NCBI GenBank assembly: GCA_043426695.1
Contig: JBHWRM010000109.1
Span: 24,115 to 88,114 of the forward strand
Origin: Corynebacterium sp.
GTDB taxonomy: Bacteria > Actinomycetota > Actinomycetes > Mycobacteriales > Mycobacteriaceae
Direction of reading: 5' to 3'
DNA: 64,000 bases
Part shown: positions 12,277-21,759 of the stretch, one piece after another
Numbering within the stretch: the stretch's first letter is position 1
Layout: every line of letters starts with the position of its first letter
Position numbers and translations under genes: made by a program
The notes under the pieces: model-generated
What the model saw: only the letters and a program-made list of their open reading frames with translations
Told to the model about the DNA's origin: nothing
Databases searched by the model: none

Positions 12277-12891
12277 GTGGAGACAACAGTGGAGCGGAAC
12301 ACGCAACCAGATACGCTGAGCGCATTTGGTCGTTTTGTGCGTCGCTTTAACGTACCGAACGTCCTCACGACCATCCGCATCCTGCTGATCCCCATATTCT
12401 TGTGGACGATCGCAGGAACGGGCGCGTGGCAGGATGTCGACGCCGCACGGGCGGACCGTTGGTGGGCGCTCGCCGTCTTTTTGCTGCTGATGGTGACCGA
12501 CCAGCTGGACGGTTACCTCGCCCGCAAGTACGAGGTGATCACCGACTTCGGTAAGCTCGCTGATCCGATTGCGGACAAGCTACTGATGCTTGCGGCGTTC
12601 ATCAGCCTGAACCTGCTGGGCGAGCTGTGGTGGATGGTTACCGCTGTGATCGTCGTTCGCGAGCTCGGCATCACGCTGTGGCGGCTGGTTCTTGCTCGGC
12701 GGGGGTTGGTGGTTCCGGCATCCAAGGGCGGGAAGCTCAAGACCGTGCTGCAAACTCTGGCCGTTGCGCTGTACATCATGCCGCTGGCTAGTGCCGTCGC
12801 TTGGATCGGGCACGGGGTCATGGCGCTAGCAGTCGCGGTGACCGTGGTGACTGGACTGCAGTACATCGTGGATTCCCGAAAGCAGAACTAG
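12277..12891 (+). CDS. pgsA: CDP-diacylglycerol--glycerol-3-phosphate 3-phosphatidyltransferase
   Basis: NVPNVLTTIR and DQLDGYLAR...DFGKLADPIADK CDP-alcohol phosphotransferase motifs; GTG 12277 lies 7 nt after TAGAAT. Confidence 0.93.
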   Translation: METTVERNTQPDTLSAFGRFVRRFNVPNVLTTIRILLIPIFLWTIAGTGAWQDVDAARADRWWALAVFLLLMVTDQLDGYLARKYEVITDFGKLADPIADKLLMLAAFISLNLLGELWWMVTAVIVVRELGITLWRLVLARRGLVVPASKGGKLKTVLQTLAVALYIMPLASAVAWIGHGVMALAVAVTVVTGLQYIVDSRKQN

Positions 12892-12907
12892 TCGAGGGGC
12901 GGGCAAG

Positions 12908-13447
12908 ATGGTGGATCGAGTTGTCAGCGACTCTCTGGGGGAGCTCCGCGCGCAGGCTGCAGATCTATCCGCTCAGGTAATTGCTTCCTGCCGGGAACGG
13001 GGCTGGACGCTGGCTACCGCTGAATCCCTCACTGCGGGAATGCTCGCCGGATGTATCGCGGATACCCCTGGCTCGTCAGCCGTGCTACGTGGTGGCCTCG
13101 TGGTGTACGCGACTGATCTCAAAGCTACGCTGGCCGGGGTGGACCCAGAACTCCTGCACCAGCGTGGACCCGTTGACCCTGCAGTGGCAGTCCAATTATC
13201 CAAGGGTGCGGCGCAGCGGTGCGGGGCGAGCATCGGCGTCGGGCTGACCGGTGTGGCGGGGCCGGATGGACAGGACGGCCACTCGGTCGGCGAGGTTCAT
13301 ATTGGAATGACGGTACCTGCGGGAGCCGGTGAGACAACGGTTCGTAGTTTCGATCTCGGAACTCGGCCCCGGGCGGTGATTCGGCAGCTCGCGGTGAACA
13401 GTGCGTTGGAGATGATCCTCGCGGTCTCCGGCGCTGGGAACAAATAG
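12908..13447 (+). CDS. cinA: CinA C-terminal domain protein (NMN deamidase PncC-like)
   Basis: ATAESLTAG, PGSS, TGVAGP and VGEVHIG motifs. Confidence 0.9.
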   Translation: MVDRVVSDSLGELRAQAADLSAQVIASCRERGWTLATAESLTAGMLAGCIADTPGSSAVLRGGLVVYATDLKATLAGVDPELLHQRGPVDPAVAVQLSKGAAQRCGASIGVGLTGVAGPDGQDGHSVGEVHIGMTVPAGAGETTVRSFDLGTRPRAVIRQLAVNSALEMILAVSGAGNK

Positions 13448-13462
13448 GCCGCTAGGTTCGTT
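13437..13462 (+). promoter_or_regulatory. ECF sigma (SigH/SigE-type) promoter of clgR-pspA
   Basis: GGAAC-N17-CGTT, 7-10 nt before the GTG/ATG start. Confidence 0.7.
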
Positions 13463-13469
13463 ATAGGTA

Positions 13470-13910
13470 GTGATGGTAGAAAACATTTTGCTGCTAGATT
13501 CCTCCTCGCGCAGGGAAGACGCTTCCCGCGTGGGCGTTCAGCGACCTTATTCCTCGGAGAAGCTGGATGACTTCAGCGCGGAGCACGTGTTGGAGCAGAA
13601 CTGGGACGCCTCCATGCCGATGGCTCCCAGCGATGAGCCGTTGCTGCGAGAAGCTCTTGGTGCGACGCTGCGTGACACGCGTCGACAGACAGGGTTCACC
13701 CTCCGCGAGCTTGCCAAGCTCGCCAATGTCAGCCCCGGTTATCTTTCGGAGCTGGAGCGGGGGCGCAAGGAAGTATCGTCTGAGCTGCTCGCAAGCGTGT
13801 GCCACGCCATGGGGATCAGCGTCGCTTCGGCGATCCTCGAGGCAGCGTCCATGATGACCCTTGATGCGGCAGCAGCTGAACTGGCTTCGTCGATGGCGCG
13901 CGTGAACTAA
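13470..13910 (+). CDS. clgR: XRE-family activator ClgR
   Basis: PLLREALG...TLRELA...VSPGYLSELERGRKEVSSELL helix-turn-helix; pgsA-cinA-clgR-pspA synteny. Confidence 0.88.
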   Translation: MMVENILLLDSSSRREDASRVGVQRPYSSEKLDDFSAEHVLEQNWDASMPMAPSDEPLLREALGATLRDTRRQTGFTLRELAKLANVSPGYLSELERGRKEVSSELLASVCHAMGISVASAILEAASMMTLDAAAAELASSMARVN

Positions 13911-14017
13911 CCGATATTCGCAGCCCAGATGCTGCTAAAATTAGCGCAGATGAGGCTCGTCTCCCATGGGGCGGGCAAAACTTTTGTCGATAGTTATCCC
14001 CAAGGAGTGCAGTCCGC

Positions 14018-14884
14018 ATGGCAAATCCCTTCACTAAGGCGTGGAAGTACCTCATGGCTCTCTTCGACTCCAAGATTGAAGAGAATGCGGATCCGAAGAT
14101 CCAGATTGAGCAGGCCATCCAGGAAGCTCAGCGCCAGCACCAGGCGCTGTCTCAGCAGGCAGCAGCGGTCATCGGTAACCAGCGTCAACTGGAAATGAAG
14201 CTCAACCGCCAGCTGGCTGAGGTGGAGAAGCTCCAGGACAACACGCGCCAGGCATTGAAGCTCGCGGATGATGCGCAGAGCAACGGTGACGCCGCGAAGG
14301 CTGCTGAATACAACAACGCAGCAGAAGCTTTCGCCGCCCAGCTGGTGACAGCGGAGCAGTCCGTGGAGGACCTCAAGGGCCTTCACGACCAGTCGCTGCA
14401 GCAGGCTAACCAGGCGAAGCAGGCCGTTGAGCGCAACGCTATGCAGCTGCAGCAGAAGGTGGCCGAGCGGACCAAGCTGCTCAGCCAGCTGGAGCAGGCC
14501 AAGATGCAGGAGAAGGTCGCGGAATCTCTGCAGGCGATGAACCAGTCCGTCTCCGGCTCTTCGCCGAACCTTGACCAGGTGCGGGAGAAGATCGAGGGCC
14601 GCTACGCGCGTGCGTTGGGCCAGGCGGAGCTTGCCCAGAACTCGGTGCAGGGGCGCATGGCGGACATCAACCAGGCCAGCACCCAGCTCGCGGGGCATTC
14701 CCGCCTCGAGCAGATCCGCTCGGAGATGCGTAAGGAGCAGGGCCAGATCAGCGGTTCGACCCAGAAGTCCATCGACGCCGGTTCCACCGGGGCTGCTGCC
14801 GCTGCACAGTCTGCCGACCAGCAGGCACAGCCGAATGCGGATGCCGTTGCCGAGCGTATGCGCCAACTGCGCGAGGGGAACTAA
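14018..14884 (+). CDS. pspA: PspA/IM30 family protein
   Basis: [16 protein letters not shown]...[11 protein letters not shown] start and long coiled coil, like the mycobacterial 35-kDa antigen. Confidence 0.92.
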   Translation: MANPFTKAWKYLMALFDSKIEENADPKIQIEQAIQEAQRQHQALSQQAAAVIGNQRQLEMKLNRQLAEVEKLQDNTRQALKLADDAQSNGDAAKAAEYNNAAEAFAAQLVTAEQSVEDLKGLHDQSLQQANQAKQAVERNAMQLQQKVAERTKLLSQLEQAKMQEKVAESLQAMNQSVSGSSPNLDQVREKIEGRYARALGQAELAQNSVQGRMADINQASTQLAGHSRLEQIRSEMRKEQGQISGSTQKSIDAGSTGAAAAAQSADQQAQPNADAVAERMRQLREGN

Positions 14885-14904
14885 GCCTTTCTTGAGCCGG
14901 GCGA

Positions 14905-15531
14905 CTAGTCGCCCACCCCGCGCGCCTGCAGCGCCTCGCCGACTTCCCGGCCGCGAAGCAACGTGCGGATCACCAGGGGGATCCCCAAGGCCCGGGCGGA
15001 GAACTTTCCGCCTCGGGCCTGTTGTGCTTCTACCACCTCATTGATGGTGCGCAGCTGGAGGGGGGTCATGTGAATCGTCAGGCTGATTGCCAGGGAAATC
15101 TTGTCCACCGGCAGACCGACGGCAGCTGCCGGGGCGAGCGCCCGCTCCACGGCTCGTTGGAGGTCGGAGACCTTGGTGGTCATCGTCAACAAGATTGCGA
15201 CGGAGACCGAGGCCCAGAGCACCAGGAAACGCACCAGGGCCTCATCCAGCCCGCTGCGCCACCACGTCAATGCGCCGAAAGCGAGCAGAATGATGAGAAC
15301 CGGGGTGAGCTGGCGCAGTGCAGTGCGCCAGGGGATTTTCGCTAACGCGTAGGCGATCACCGCTGCCGCCACACAACCCGCACCAGCCACTAACGTCTTC
15401 GCGAAAATTGCAGCGAGCACGAGAAAGGCAATGAGCCCCGTCAGCTTCACACCGGCGGGCAGCCTATGGATGAGCGATCCCGTCGGGATGTAGAGAACCG
15501 GGGCCGCCGTGTTGATGCGGGGCAATCTCAC
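14905..15531 (-). CDS. bioN: ECF transporter T component (biotin)
   Basis: IHRLPAGVKL, TM helices, AQQARG and ALQARG X-R-X motifs; GTGA overlap with the bioM stop. Confidence 0.85.
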   Translation of the reverse strand: MRLPRINTAAPVLYIPTGSLIHRLPAGVKLTGLIAFLVLAAIFAKTLVAGAGCVAAAVIAYALAKIPWRTALRQLTPVLIILLAFGALTWWRSGLDEALVRFLVLWASVSVAILLTMTTKVSDLQRAVERALAPAAAVGLPVDKISLAISLTIHMTPLQLRTINEVVEAQQARGGKFSARALGIPLVIRTLLRGREVGEALQARGVGD

Positions 15532-16235
15532 AGCATGCATGTCCGGTAGTCCGAGAGCACAGTGGTTACAGAACCGGCGTTGGCGCTATCGGCACGGATA
15601 CGGCCCTCGTCGATCCAGATGACCCTATCGAAACCTTCGAAGAGCTCTAGATCATGCGAGACCACGATCAGCTGTTGCTCCAAGGCAGCGAGAGTGCGAG
15701 CGATACGTTGGCGGTTGCGCAGGTCGAGCAGCGTGGTTGGCTCGTCGGCGATGATGAGGTGCGGGCGCATCACGAGGATCGATGCCAACCCCAGGGTTTG
15801 TTTTTCTCCACCGGAAAGGGTGTGGGGTGACTGCTCTTCCTTGCCCGCCAGTCCCAACTGGTCGAGGATTTCGGTCACTGCCGCGCGCTTGTCCTGGCGG
15901 CTCAGCTTCTTGCCCCGTAGAGAGAACCCGACGTCCTCGGCGACGGTAGGCATAATGATCTGGTTATCCGCGTTGGAAAACAGGAAGCCCACCTGGCGGC
16001 GGATCTCGCCGGCGCGCTTCGCCGTGGAGAGCCCATCGACGGTGACCTCGCCCTCGTCGGGAATGTTGAGCCCATTGATGCAGCGCACCAGGGAGGACTT
16101 CCCGGAGCCGTTGGCGCCGATGATGCCGATGCGGTGCTCCGAGAGGCTGAGGGAAATCGAATCAAGAATCGGAGGGGCATCGGGAGAGCTGCCGATACCC
16201 CGCAACGTGAGGTCGCGGAACTCGATGAGTGGCAT
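15528..16235 (-). CDS. bioM: ECF transporter ATPase (biotin)
   Basis: GANGSGKS, LSGGEKQ and ADEPTTLLD motifs. Confidence 0.9.
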   Translation of the reverse strand: MPLIEFRDLTLRGIGSSPDAPPILDSISLSLSEHRIGIIGANGSGKSSLVRCINGLNIPDEGEVTVDGLSTAKRAGEIRRQVGFLFSNADNQIIMPTVAEDVGFSLRGKKLSRQDKRAAVTEILDQLGLAGKEEQSPHTLSGGEKQTLGLASILVMRPHLIIADEPTTLLDLRNRQRIARTLAALEQQLIVVSHDLELFEGFDRVIWIDEGRIRADSANAGSVTTVLSDYRTCML

Positions 16236-16250
16236 GGGCTGAGGGGAAAA

Positions 16251-16853
16251 CTAGTTGCGAGAATGCAGGTTGGCTGCGGGCACCAGGTGGGGTACGGCGC
16301 GGAAGACGCCGAAGGTGATGACCGCGGCGGCGACGCACTTAATCAGGTCTGGAAGGATAAACGGCGTGTTAGACACCAGGGCGCCCGGGAAATCCAGGCC
16401 GAGCCGGGACATTAGGCCGACGGAGCCGAAAAGGTACATCACTGCCATGCCGAGCACACCAGCGAGAGTCAACCCAACGATGGAAGCCCAGCTCTGGCCG
16501 GGCTGGGCAGCGCGGTTTTGACGGCCAAGGATTGCCTGGGAGATCGCACCGACGATGAAGGCTGCGAAGATATAACCCACGATATAGCCGATACTTGGGC
16601 CGGAAATCGCGGAAATCGTCGGGTTCCATCCGGCGAGGTTCGGCACGCCCACGAGGCCGACTCCAACGAAAAGACTGATGGACAGCCCACCACGGAGGCA
16701 GCCGAGAATCATGGCGGTGAGGATCACACCCATGTTCTGGAGGACGATCGGCACACCGGTGAAGCCGACAGGAATGGATACTGCACCGAGTGCGATAGTC
16801 AGGGCGGCGAATGCGACGATCGCGCCGAGGTCGCGGACATTGAGAGTTTTCAT
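16251..16853 (-). CDS. bioY: Biotin transporter S component
   Basis: VPIVLQN, GLVGVP, GPSIGYIVG and PFILPDLIK BioY motifs; ATG 16853 follows TAATAT. Confidence 0.92.
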   Translation of the reverse strand: MKTLNVRDLGAIVAFAALTIALGAVSIPVGFTGVPIVLQNMGVILTAMILGCLRGGLSISLFVGVGLVGVPNLAGWNPTISAISGPSIGYIVGYIFAAFIVGAISQAILGRQNRAAQPGQSWASIVGLTLAGVLGMAVMYLFGSVGLMSRLGLDFPGALVSNTPFILPDLIKCVAAAVITFGVFRAVPHLVPAANLHSRN

Positions 16854-16926
16854 CGATGGATATATTAACAAGTCATTGAGTAAAACTTCCCATTTTGTTC
16901 AACTATTTTTGTGCTAGCGTCCGGGC

Positions 16927-17133
16927 ATGAGAAGAACCGAGTTTGACCGGCTTATCGCGGGCGAGTTTGGCGCCACCTACGGGGGCTGGATCGTGGAAAG
17001 CCACGTTTTGTCCAGGCTGGGGAAGACCGCGGAGGAGGCGATTGAGGCAGGCGAAGAGCCACGAAATGTGTGGTGGGAGCTTTGCCGCGACTTCGACATT
17101 CCCGAAGAGCGGATGCTCGGCGAGGATGACTGA
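16927..17133 (+). CDS. DUF3046 family protein
   Basis: MRRTEF...EFG...LGKTAEEAIEAGEEPRNVWWELC pattern; conserved position upstream of recA in Actinobacteria. Confidence 0.85.
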   Translation: MRRTEFDRLIAGEFGATYGGWIVESHVLSRLGKTAEEAIEAGEEPRNVWWELCRDFDIPEERMLGEDD

Positions 17134-17233
17134 ATGGCCCAAGGGGCGGATGGCTGCCTCATGTGCCTTGCTCACGGGCGGGATAAGGGGTGCGGAGAAC
17201 CGGCGAAAGAGCGCGGCGCGCCGTTCGAATAAA

Positions 17234-17249
17234 TCGAACAAAGGTTCGT
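17234..17249 (+). promoter_or_regulatory. LexA SOS box at the recA promoter
   Basis: TCGAACAAAGGTTCGT matches TCGAAC-N4-GTTCGA and is immediately followed by -10 TAGTGT at 17251. Confidence 0.85.
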
Positions 17250-17543
17250 GTAGTGTGGGGCGAGGTAGTGGGTGGCGCGGTGCGTGTCTGCCCGGTGTCC
17301 TATAACTAAAACCGAACAACGTGCCAGTACGTCATGCTCCTGTGGACAGCTTTGATTGCTGCCCACAGCGAGCCCAGATGGGCGAGGTCCGTGTCCGCAG
17401 CGGGTGATAAAACTAAGCCCCAAGCGGAAGGCAATAGCTTTCGCTCCAGCCGCGCGGATGCGCGACGAGGTGACGCCACGTTGGCGGCTTGAATTTATTA
17501 AAACCAGAACGAAATACAGAGCACGAAAAACGAGGAGAGTGTC

Positions 17544-18659
17544 ATGGCACCAAAGAAGAAGGCCACCACGGCGGCGCAGAAGGATCGATCCAAGGCTCTC
17601 GATCTGGCGATGGCCCAGATCGAGAAGGATTTCGGTAAGGGGGCGATCATGCGTCTGGGCGATGAAAATCGCCCACCCATTAGCGCAATCCCGTCGGGCA
17701 ATATCGCCATCAATGTTGCTCTGGGTATCGGAGGCTTCCCGCGTGGCCGTGTCGTAGAGATTTACGGGCCAGAGTCCTCGGGTAAGACCACCGTCGCGCT
17801 GCACGCCATTGCTGAAGCCCAGAAGGGCGGCGGCATTGCAGCCTTCATTGATGCCGAGCACGCGCTCGATCCGGAGTACGCCAAGGCACTGGGCGTGGAT
17901 ACGGATGCGCTATTGGTCTCCCAGCCAGATACGGGTGAACAGGCCCTCGAGATTGCGGACATGCTGGTGCGCTCTGGCGCGATCGATGTGGTCGTCATTG
18001 ACTCCGTTGCAGCGCTGACCCCCAAGGCGGAGATCGACGGCGAAATGGGAGACTCTCACGTGGGTCTCCAGGCTCGACTGATGAGCCAGGCCCTTCGCAA
18101 GATGACCAGCGCGCTGTACCAGACCGGTACGACTGCGATCTTTATTAACCAGCTGCGTGAGAAGATCGGCGTGATGTTCGGCTCCCCGGAGACGACCACC
18201 GGCGGTAAGGCTCTGAAGTTCTACGCCTCCGTTCGCTGCGACATCCGGCGCATCCAGGCGTTGAAGGACGGCCAGGATGTGGTGGGTAACCGCACCCGGT
18301 TGAAGATCGTCAAGAATAAGGTCTCGCCGCCGTTCAAGATCGCCGAGTTCGACATCCTCTACGGTGAAGGAATCTCCCGAGAGGGCTCGATCCTCGACCT
18401 CGGCGTGGACGCCGGGATTATTAAGAAGTCGGGATCTTGGTTTACCTATGAGGGCGAACAGCTCGGCCAGGGCAAGGAAAAGGCTCGTGACTTCCTGAAG
18501 TCGAACCCCGAGCTGGCCGAACAGCTGGAGGATCGCATCATGCAGGAGCTCAAGGTTGGCCCCTACGCCAAGGCGAAGGACGAACCGATCGCCGATGAGG
18601 ATAAGCCGATCGACGTGGTGCCCAACTTTGATGACCAAGACGTCGAGCCGGAGAACTAG
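17544..18659 (+). CDS. recA: Recombinase A (no intein)
   Basis: [44 protein letters not shown]. Confidence 0.99.
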   Translation: MAPKKKATTAAQKDRSKALDLAMAQIEKDFGKGAIMRLGDENRPPISAIPSGNIAINVALGIGGFPRGRVVEIYGPESSGKTTVALHAIAEAQKGGGIAAFIDAEHALDPEYAKALGVDTDALLVSQPDTGEQALEIADMLVRSGAIDVVVIDSVAALTPKAEIDGEMGDSHVGLQARLMSQALRKMTSALYQTGTTAIFINQLREKIGVMFGSPETTTGGKALKFYASVRCDIRRIQALKDGQDVVGNRTRLKIVKNKVSPPFKIAEFDILYGEGISREGSILDLGVDAGIIKKSGSWFTYEGEQLGQGKEKARDFLKSNPELAEQLEDRIMQELKVGPYAKAKDEPIADEDKPIDVVPNFDDQDVEPEN

Positions 18660-18667
18660 GCCCTGCC

Positions 18668-19309
18668 GTGACTAAAGGCAACACAGCCGACCACGTGACA
18701 ACGGCCGGGGAAACCCCGGATAACCGGGAACAAAAGATCGCCGCGCTGCGGCAGGCAATTGAATCCTGGACGGAGGGGAGCGGTAGCCAACTCGTCGATC
18801 GGGAGAAGGAGGAGGCTCTCGCCCCGGTGATCAACCGGGCGCAAAGCCTCATTAACCACCGTCCGCGCTCTGTGGCGGAGCTCGAGGAGCGGCTACTCAA
18901 ACAGGACTATGCTCCGGAACTCGTCAGGGAAGTCGTCGACCGTTGCCAGCGCAACGGCATGCTTAATGACGGCGAGTTCGCGCGGCTCTGGGTCGAGCAA
19001 AGAAGCAGGAACCAAAAGAAATCTGTCGCTGTCTTGCGCCGTGAGCTGCGGGACAAGGGAGTCGCCGAGCGCCACATCGACGCCGCTGTGGAACTCGTCA
19101 ATGAGGAAGACCAGGACGCGATCATGCGTGGACTGATCGATAAGAAGGCCGCGAGCATCCGCGCCGTGCCTGCCGACCGTGCGGAATACAATAAATTCCT
19201 CAAGCGAGTAGTAGGGGTCGCCGCCCGCCGCGGATTCCCTGCTGGAACCAGCTTGGCATACGCCCGTGACGCGCTGGACCAGCAGCTCGCAGAGCTTAAA
19301 TCTGGTTAG
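18668..19309 (+). CDS. recX: Recombination regulator RecX
   Basis: [22 protein letters not shown] and ARRGF motifs; directly after recA. Confidence 0.92.
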   Translation: MTKGNTADHVTTAGETPDNREQKIAALRQAIESWTEGSGSQLVDREKEEALAPVINRAQSLINHRPRSVAELEERLLKQDYAPELVREVVDRCQRNGMLNDGEFARLWVEQRSRNQKKSVAVLRRELRDKGVAERHIDAAVELVNEEDQDAIMRGLIDKKAASIRAVPADRAEYNKFLKRVVGVAARRGFPAGTSLAYARDALDQQLAELKSG

Positions 19310-19389
19310 CCTCGGGGCCAGTGTGCGGGGATGTGGCGGGCGTGACACGGTTCGTGTTCACTCCCGTTCTGGGGGTAGGATCTGCACAC

Positions 19390-20943
19390 GTGACTCATGC
19401 TATGGAGAAGAAAACTTCCGCATCCGAGCAGCCCGAACAGCGCACCTACGAGGTTCGCACCTTCGGCTGCCAGATGAACGTTCACGATTCTGAGCGCCTC
19501 TCCGGGCTCCTCGAGGACTCGGGCTACCAGCCTGCGGCCAACGGTGAGGAACCCGACGTCCTCGTCTTCAACACCTGCGCAGTGCGGGAAAACGCGGACA
19601 ACCGGCTCTACGGAACCCTCGCCATGGTCAAGCCCATGAAGGACCGCAATCCCGGCATGCAGATCGCCGTTGGCGGCTGTATGGCGCAGAAGGACAAGGA
19701 CGCGGTGGTCGACCGCGCGCCCTGGGTGGATGTCGTGTTCGGCACCCACAATATTGGCTCGCTGCCCACGCTGCTGGAGCGTTCCGCGCACAACCAGCGG
19801 GCAGAGGTCGAGATCCTCGACTCCCTCGAGGAGTTCCCTTCCGTGCTTCCGGCAAAGCGGGAATCCGCTTACTCGGGTTGGGTATCGGTCTCTGTTGGCT
19901 GCAATAACACCTGCACTTTCTGCATCGTTCCCTCTCTCCGAGGAAAGGAACAGGACCGTCGGCCGGGGGAGATCCTGGCCGAGGTTCAGGCCCTGGTGGA
20001 CCAGGGCGTGCAGGAGGTCACCCTCCTGGGGCAGAACGTCAATGCCTACGGCGTGAATTTCGCCGACGAGGACCTACCGCGGGATCGGGGCGCATTTGCC
20101 AAGCTGCTGCGCGCTTGCGGTGAGATCGAGGGGCTCGAGCGGCTGCGTTTCACCAGCCCACACCCTGCCGAATTCACCGACGATGTCATCGATGCGATGG
20201 CCGAGACTCCCAACGTCTGCCCTCAGTTGCACATGCCACTGCAATCGGGATCCGACCGCATCCTCAAGGAGATGCGCCGCTCCTACCGCTCGAAGAAATT
20301 CCTGGGGATTCTGGACAAGGTCCGCGAACGCATTCCGCACGCAGCTATCACCACTGACATCATTGTGGGATTCCCTGGCGAAACGGAAGAGGATTTCCAG
20401 GCGACCCTTGACGTCGTCGAGAAGGCGCGCTTTTCCAGCGCATTTACCTTCCAGTACTCGCCACGCCCCGGTACCCCGGCAGCCACCATGCCAGACCAGA
20501 TCCCAAAGGCCGTCGTACAGGAGCGCTACGAGCGCCTCATCGCACTGCAAGAGCGCATCCAGGCCGAGGACAACAAGGAACTGGTGGGCACGACTCAGGA
20601 ACTGCTGGTCCAGGAGACCGGTGGGCGCAAGGACGCCCAGCGCCACCGCATGTCGGGGCGTGCCCGGGACGGGAGGCTCGTGCACTTCACCCCAAGCGAA
20701 GACGTGCGTCCTGGGGATATAGTTGAAGTCACGATTACCGACGCCCGTCCGTTCTTCCTGATTGCGGACGGTCCACTCGTCAACCACCGGTTGACCAAGG
20801 CTGGCGACATGTCAGGTGCTGGCCAGACCCCGACCACCGCGCCGATCGGGGTGAGCCTCGGCGTGCCAACCATCGGTATTAAGCCTCAGGCTGATGCAAC
20901 CGCGGCGCCCAAAAACGTCCACGAAGGGTGTGGCTGTGACTAA
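19390..20943 (+). CDS. miaB: tRNA-2-methylthio-N6-dimethylallyladenosine synthase
   Basis: [16 protein letters not shown], radical-[11 protein letters not shown] and a TRAM domain; start at GTG 19390 or ATG 19402. Confidence 0.96.
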   Translation: MTHAMEKKTSASEQPEQRTYEVRTFGCQMNVHDSERLSGLLEDSGYQPAANGEEPDVLVFNTCAVRENADNRLYGTLAMVKPMKDRNPGMQIAVGGCMAQKDKDAVVDRAPWVDVVFGTHNIGSLPTLLERSAHNQRAEVEILDSLEEFPSVLPAKRESAYSGWVSVSVGCNNTCTFCIVPSLRGKEQDRRPGEILAEVQALVDQGVQEVTLLGQNVNAYGVNFADEDLPRDRGAFAKLLRACGEIEGLERLRFTSPHPAEFTDDVIDAMAETPNVCPQLHMPLQSGSDRILKEMRRSYRSKKFLGILDKVRERIPHAAITTDIIVGFPGETEEDFQATLDVVEKARFSSAFTFQYSPRPGTPAATMPDQIPKAVVQERYERLIALQERIQAEDNKELVGTTQELLVQETGGRKDAQRHRMSGRARDGRLVHFTPSEDVRPGDIVEVTITDARPFFLIADGPLVNHRLTKAGDMSGAGQTPTTAPIGVSLGVPTIGIKPQADATAAPKNVHEGCGCD

Positions 20944-21691
20944 AAAGAACGACGCGAATTCCGCCGATGCAACGCAAGGGAGCAAAACTGGCGTAGCCGG
21001 CAATACCGAGGACGCTCGGGGCAAGGACCCGCTGGCAGCCTACCGAGGCGACCTCACCGCTGCCGAGGAGAAGGCGGCGAAGATGGTGGACTATCGCCAG
21101 CAGCTGCCGGCCATGGCCCTCGGCCTAATGTTGGTGCTCGTCTCATTGTTCTTACCGCACTCCCGAGACGTGCTGGGCATCGACGTACTTTTCAACTCGG
21201 CAACCGCACAGAAGTTCCAGATCACCATGCCGGAGCGGGTGTATGCCACCCTTGCCGTGCTGGGCGGCATCATGCTGACCATCGGCACGATCGTGTCGCG
21301 ATCCTGGCTGGTGGCCTGGGTCAACTGGGCCTTCGTCGGCGTGGGCTGGTGGTACAGCGTGCTCGCGATCTGGATGCGCCAATCCCGCCCGGTCACCGAC
21401 CCGGCCGGCCCGCCTTCTTATGGCTTGGTCATTGGTGCGATCGGCATGACGATCCTGTTTGTGATGATCACGTGGGTACTGTTCCGCCGCAACCCATTGC
21501 AGCGCGCGCTCGCGGCCGCTCGCCGCGAAGAGGCACACCGTTCCGCTGAGGCGCAGGCTGCCCAGCAGCGCCTGCGCACAGGTGTCGAGGAATGGCCGAA
21601 GGCTGAACTCGAGGACATCGTTGATGATCGCCGCACTCGTGCAAAGCAGCGCCGCCGCACAACCGACGGTGATAAGAACACCGAGGGCTAG
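20936..21691 (+). CDS. Conserved membrane protein (Rv2732c-like)
   Basis: Four TM helices, LPH and AIWMRQS motifs; overlaps the miaB stop as in mycobacterial synteny. Confidence 0.75.
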   Translation: MTKKNDANSADATQGSKTGVAGNTEDARGKDPLAAYRGDLTAAEEKAAKMVDYRQQLPAMALGLMLVLVSLFLPHSRDVLGIDVLFNSATAQKFQITMPERVYATLAVLGGIMLTIGTIVSRSWLVAWVNWAFVGVGWWYSVLAIWMRQSRPVTDPAGPPSYGLVIGAIGMTILFVMITWVLFRRNPLQRALAAARREEAHRSAEAQAAQQRLRTGVEEWPKAELEDIVDDRRTRAKQRRRTTDGDKNTEG

Positions 21692-21736
21692 CGAGCTAAA
21701 GACAAGCTCTCGGACTTGACGTAGAATAGTGGCGGA

Positions 21737-21759
21737 AGGGGGCTTAGGCCCCCTCTTTT
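21737..21759. terminator. Hairpin terminator between convergent genes
   Basis: AGGGGGC-TTAG-GCCCCCT followed by CTTTT. Confidence 0.6.

Noticed and set aside
16854..16915. BioQ operator upstream of bioY
   Set aside because: Only a half site (TGAAC on the minus strand) is visible, with no complete palindrome
17544..18659. Possible recA intein as in some mycobacteria
   Set aside because: The protein is 371 aa and collinear with RecA, with no insertion
21716..21727. TTGACG adjacent to TAGAAT as a promoter
   Set aside because: There is no spacer between the elements, and it runs straight into a terminator hairpin
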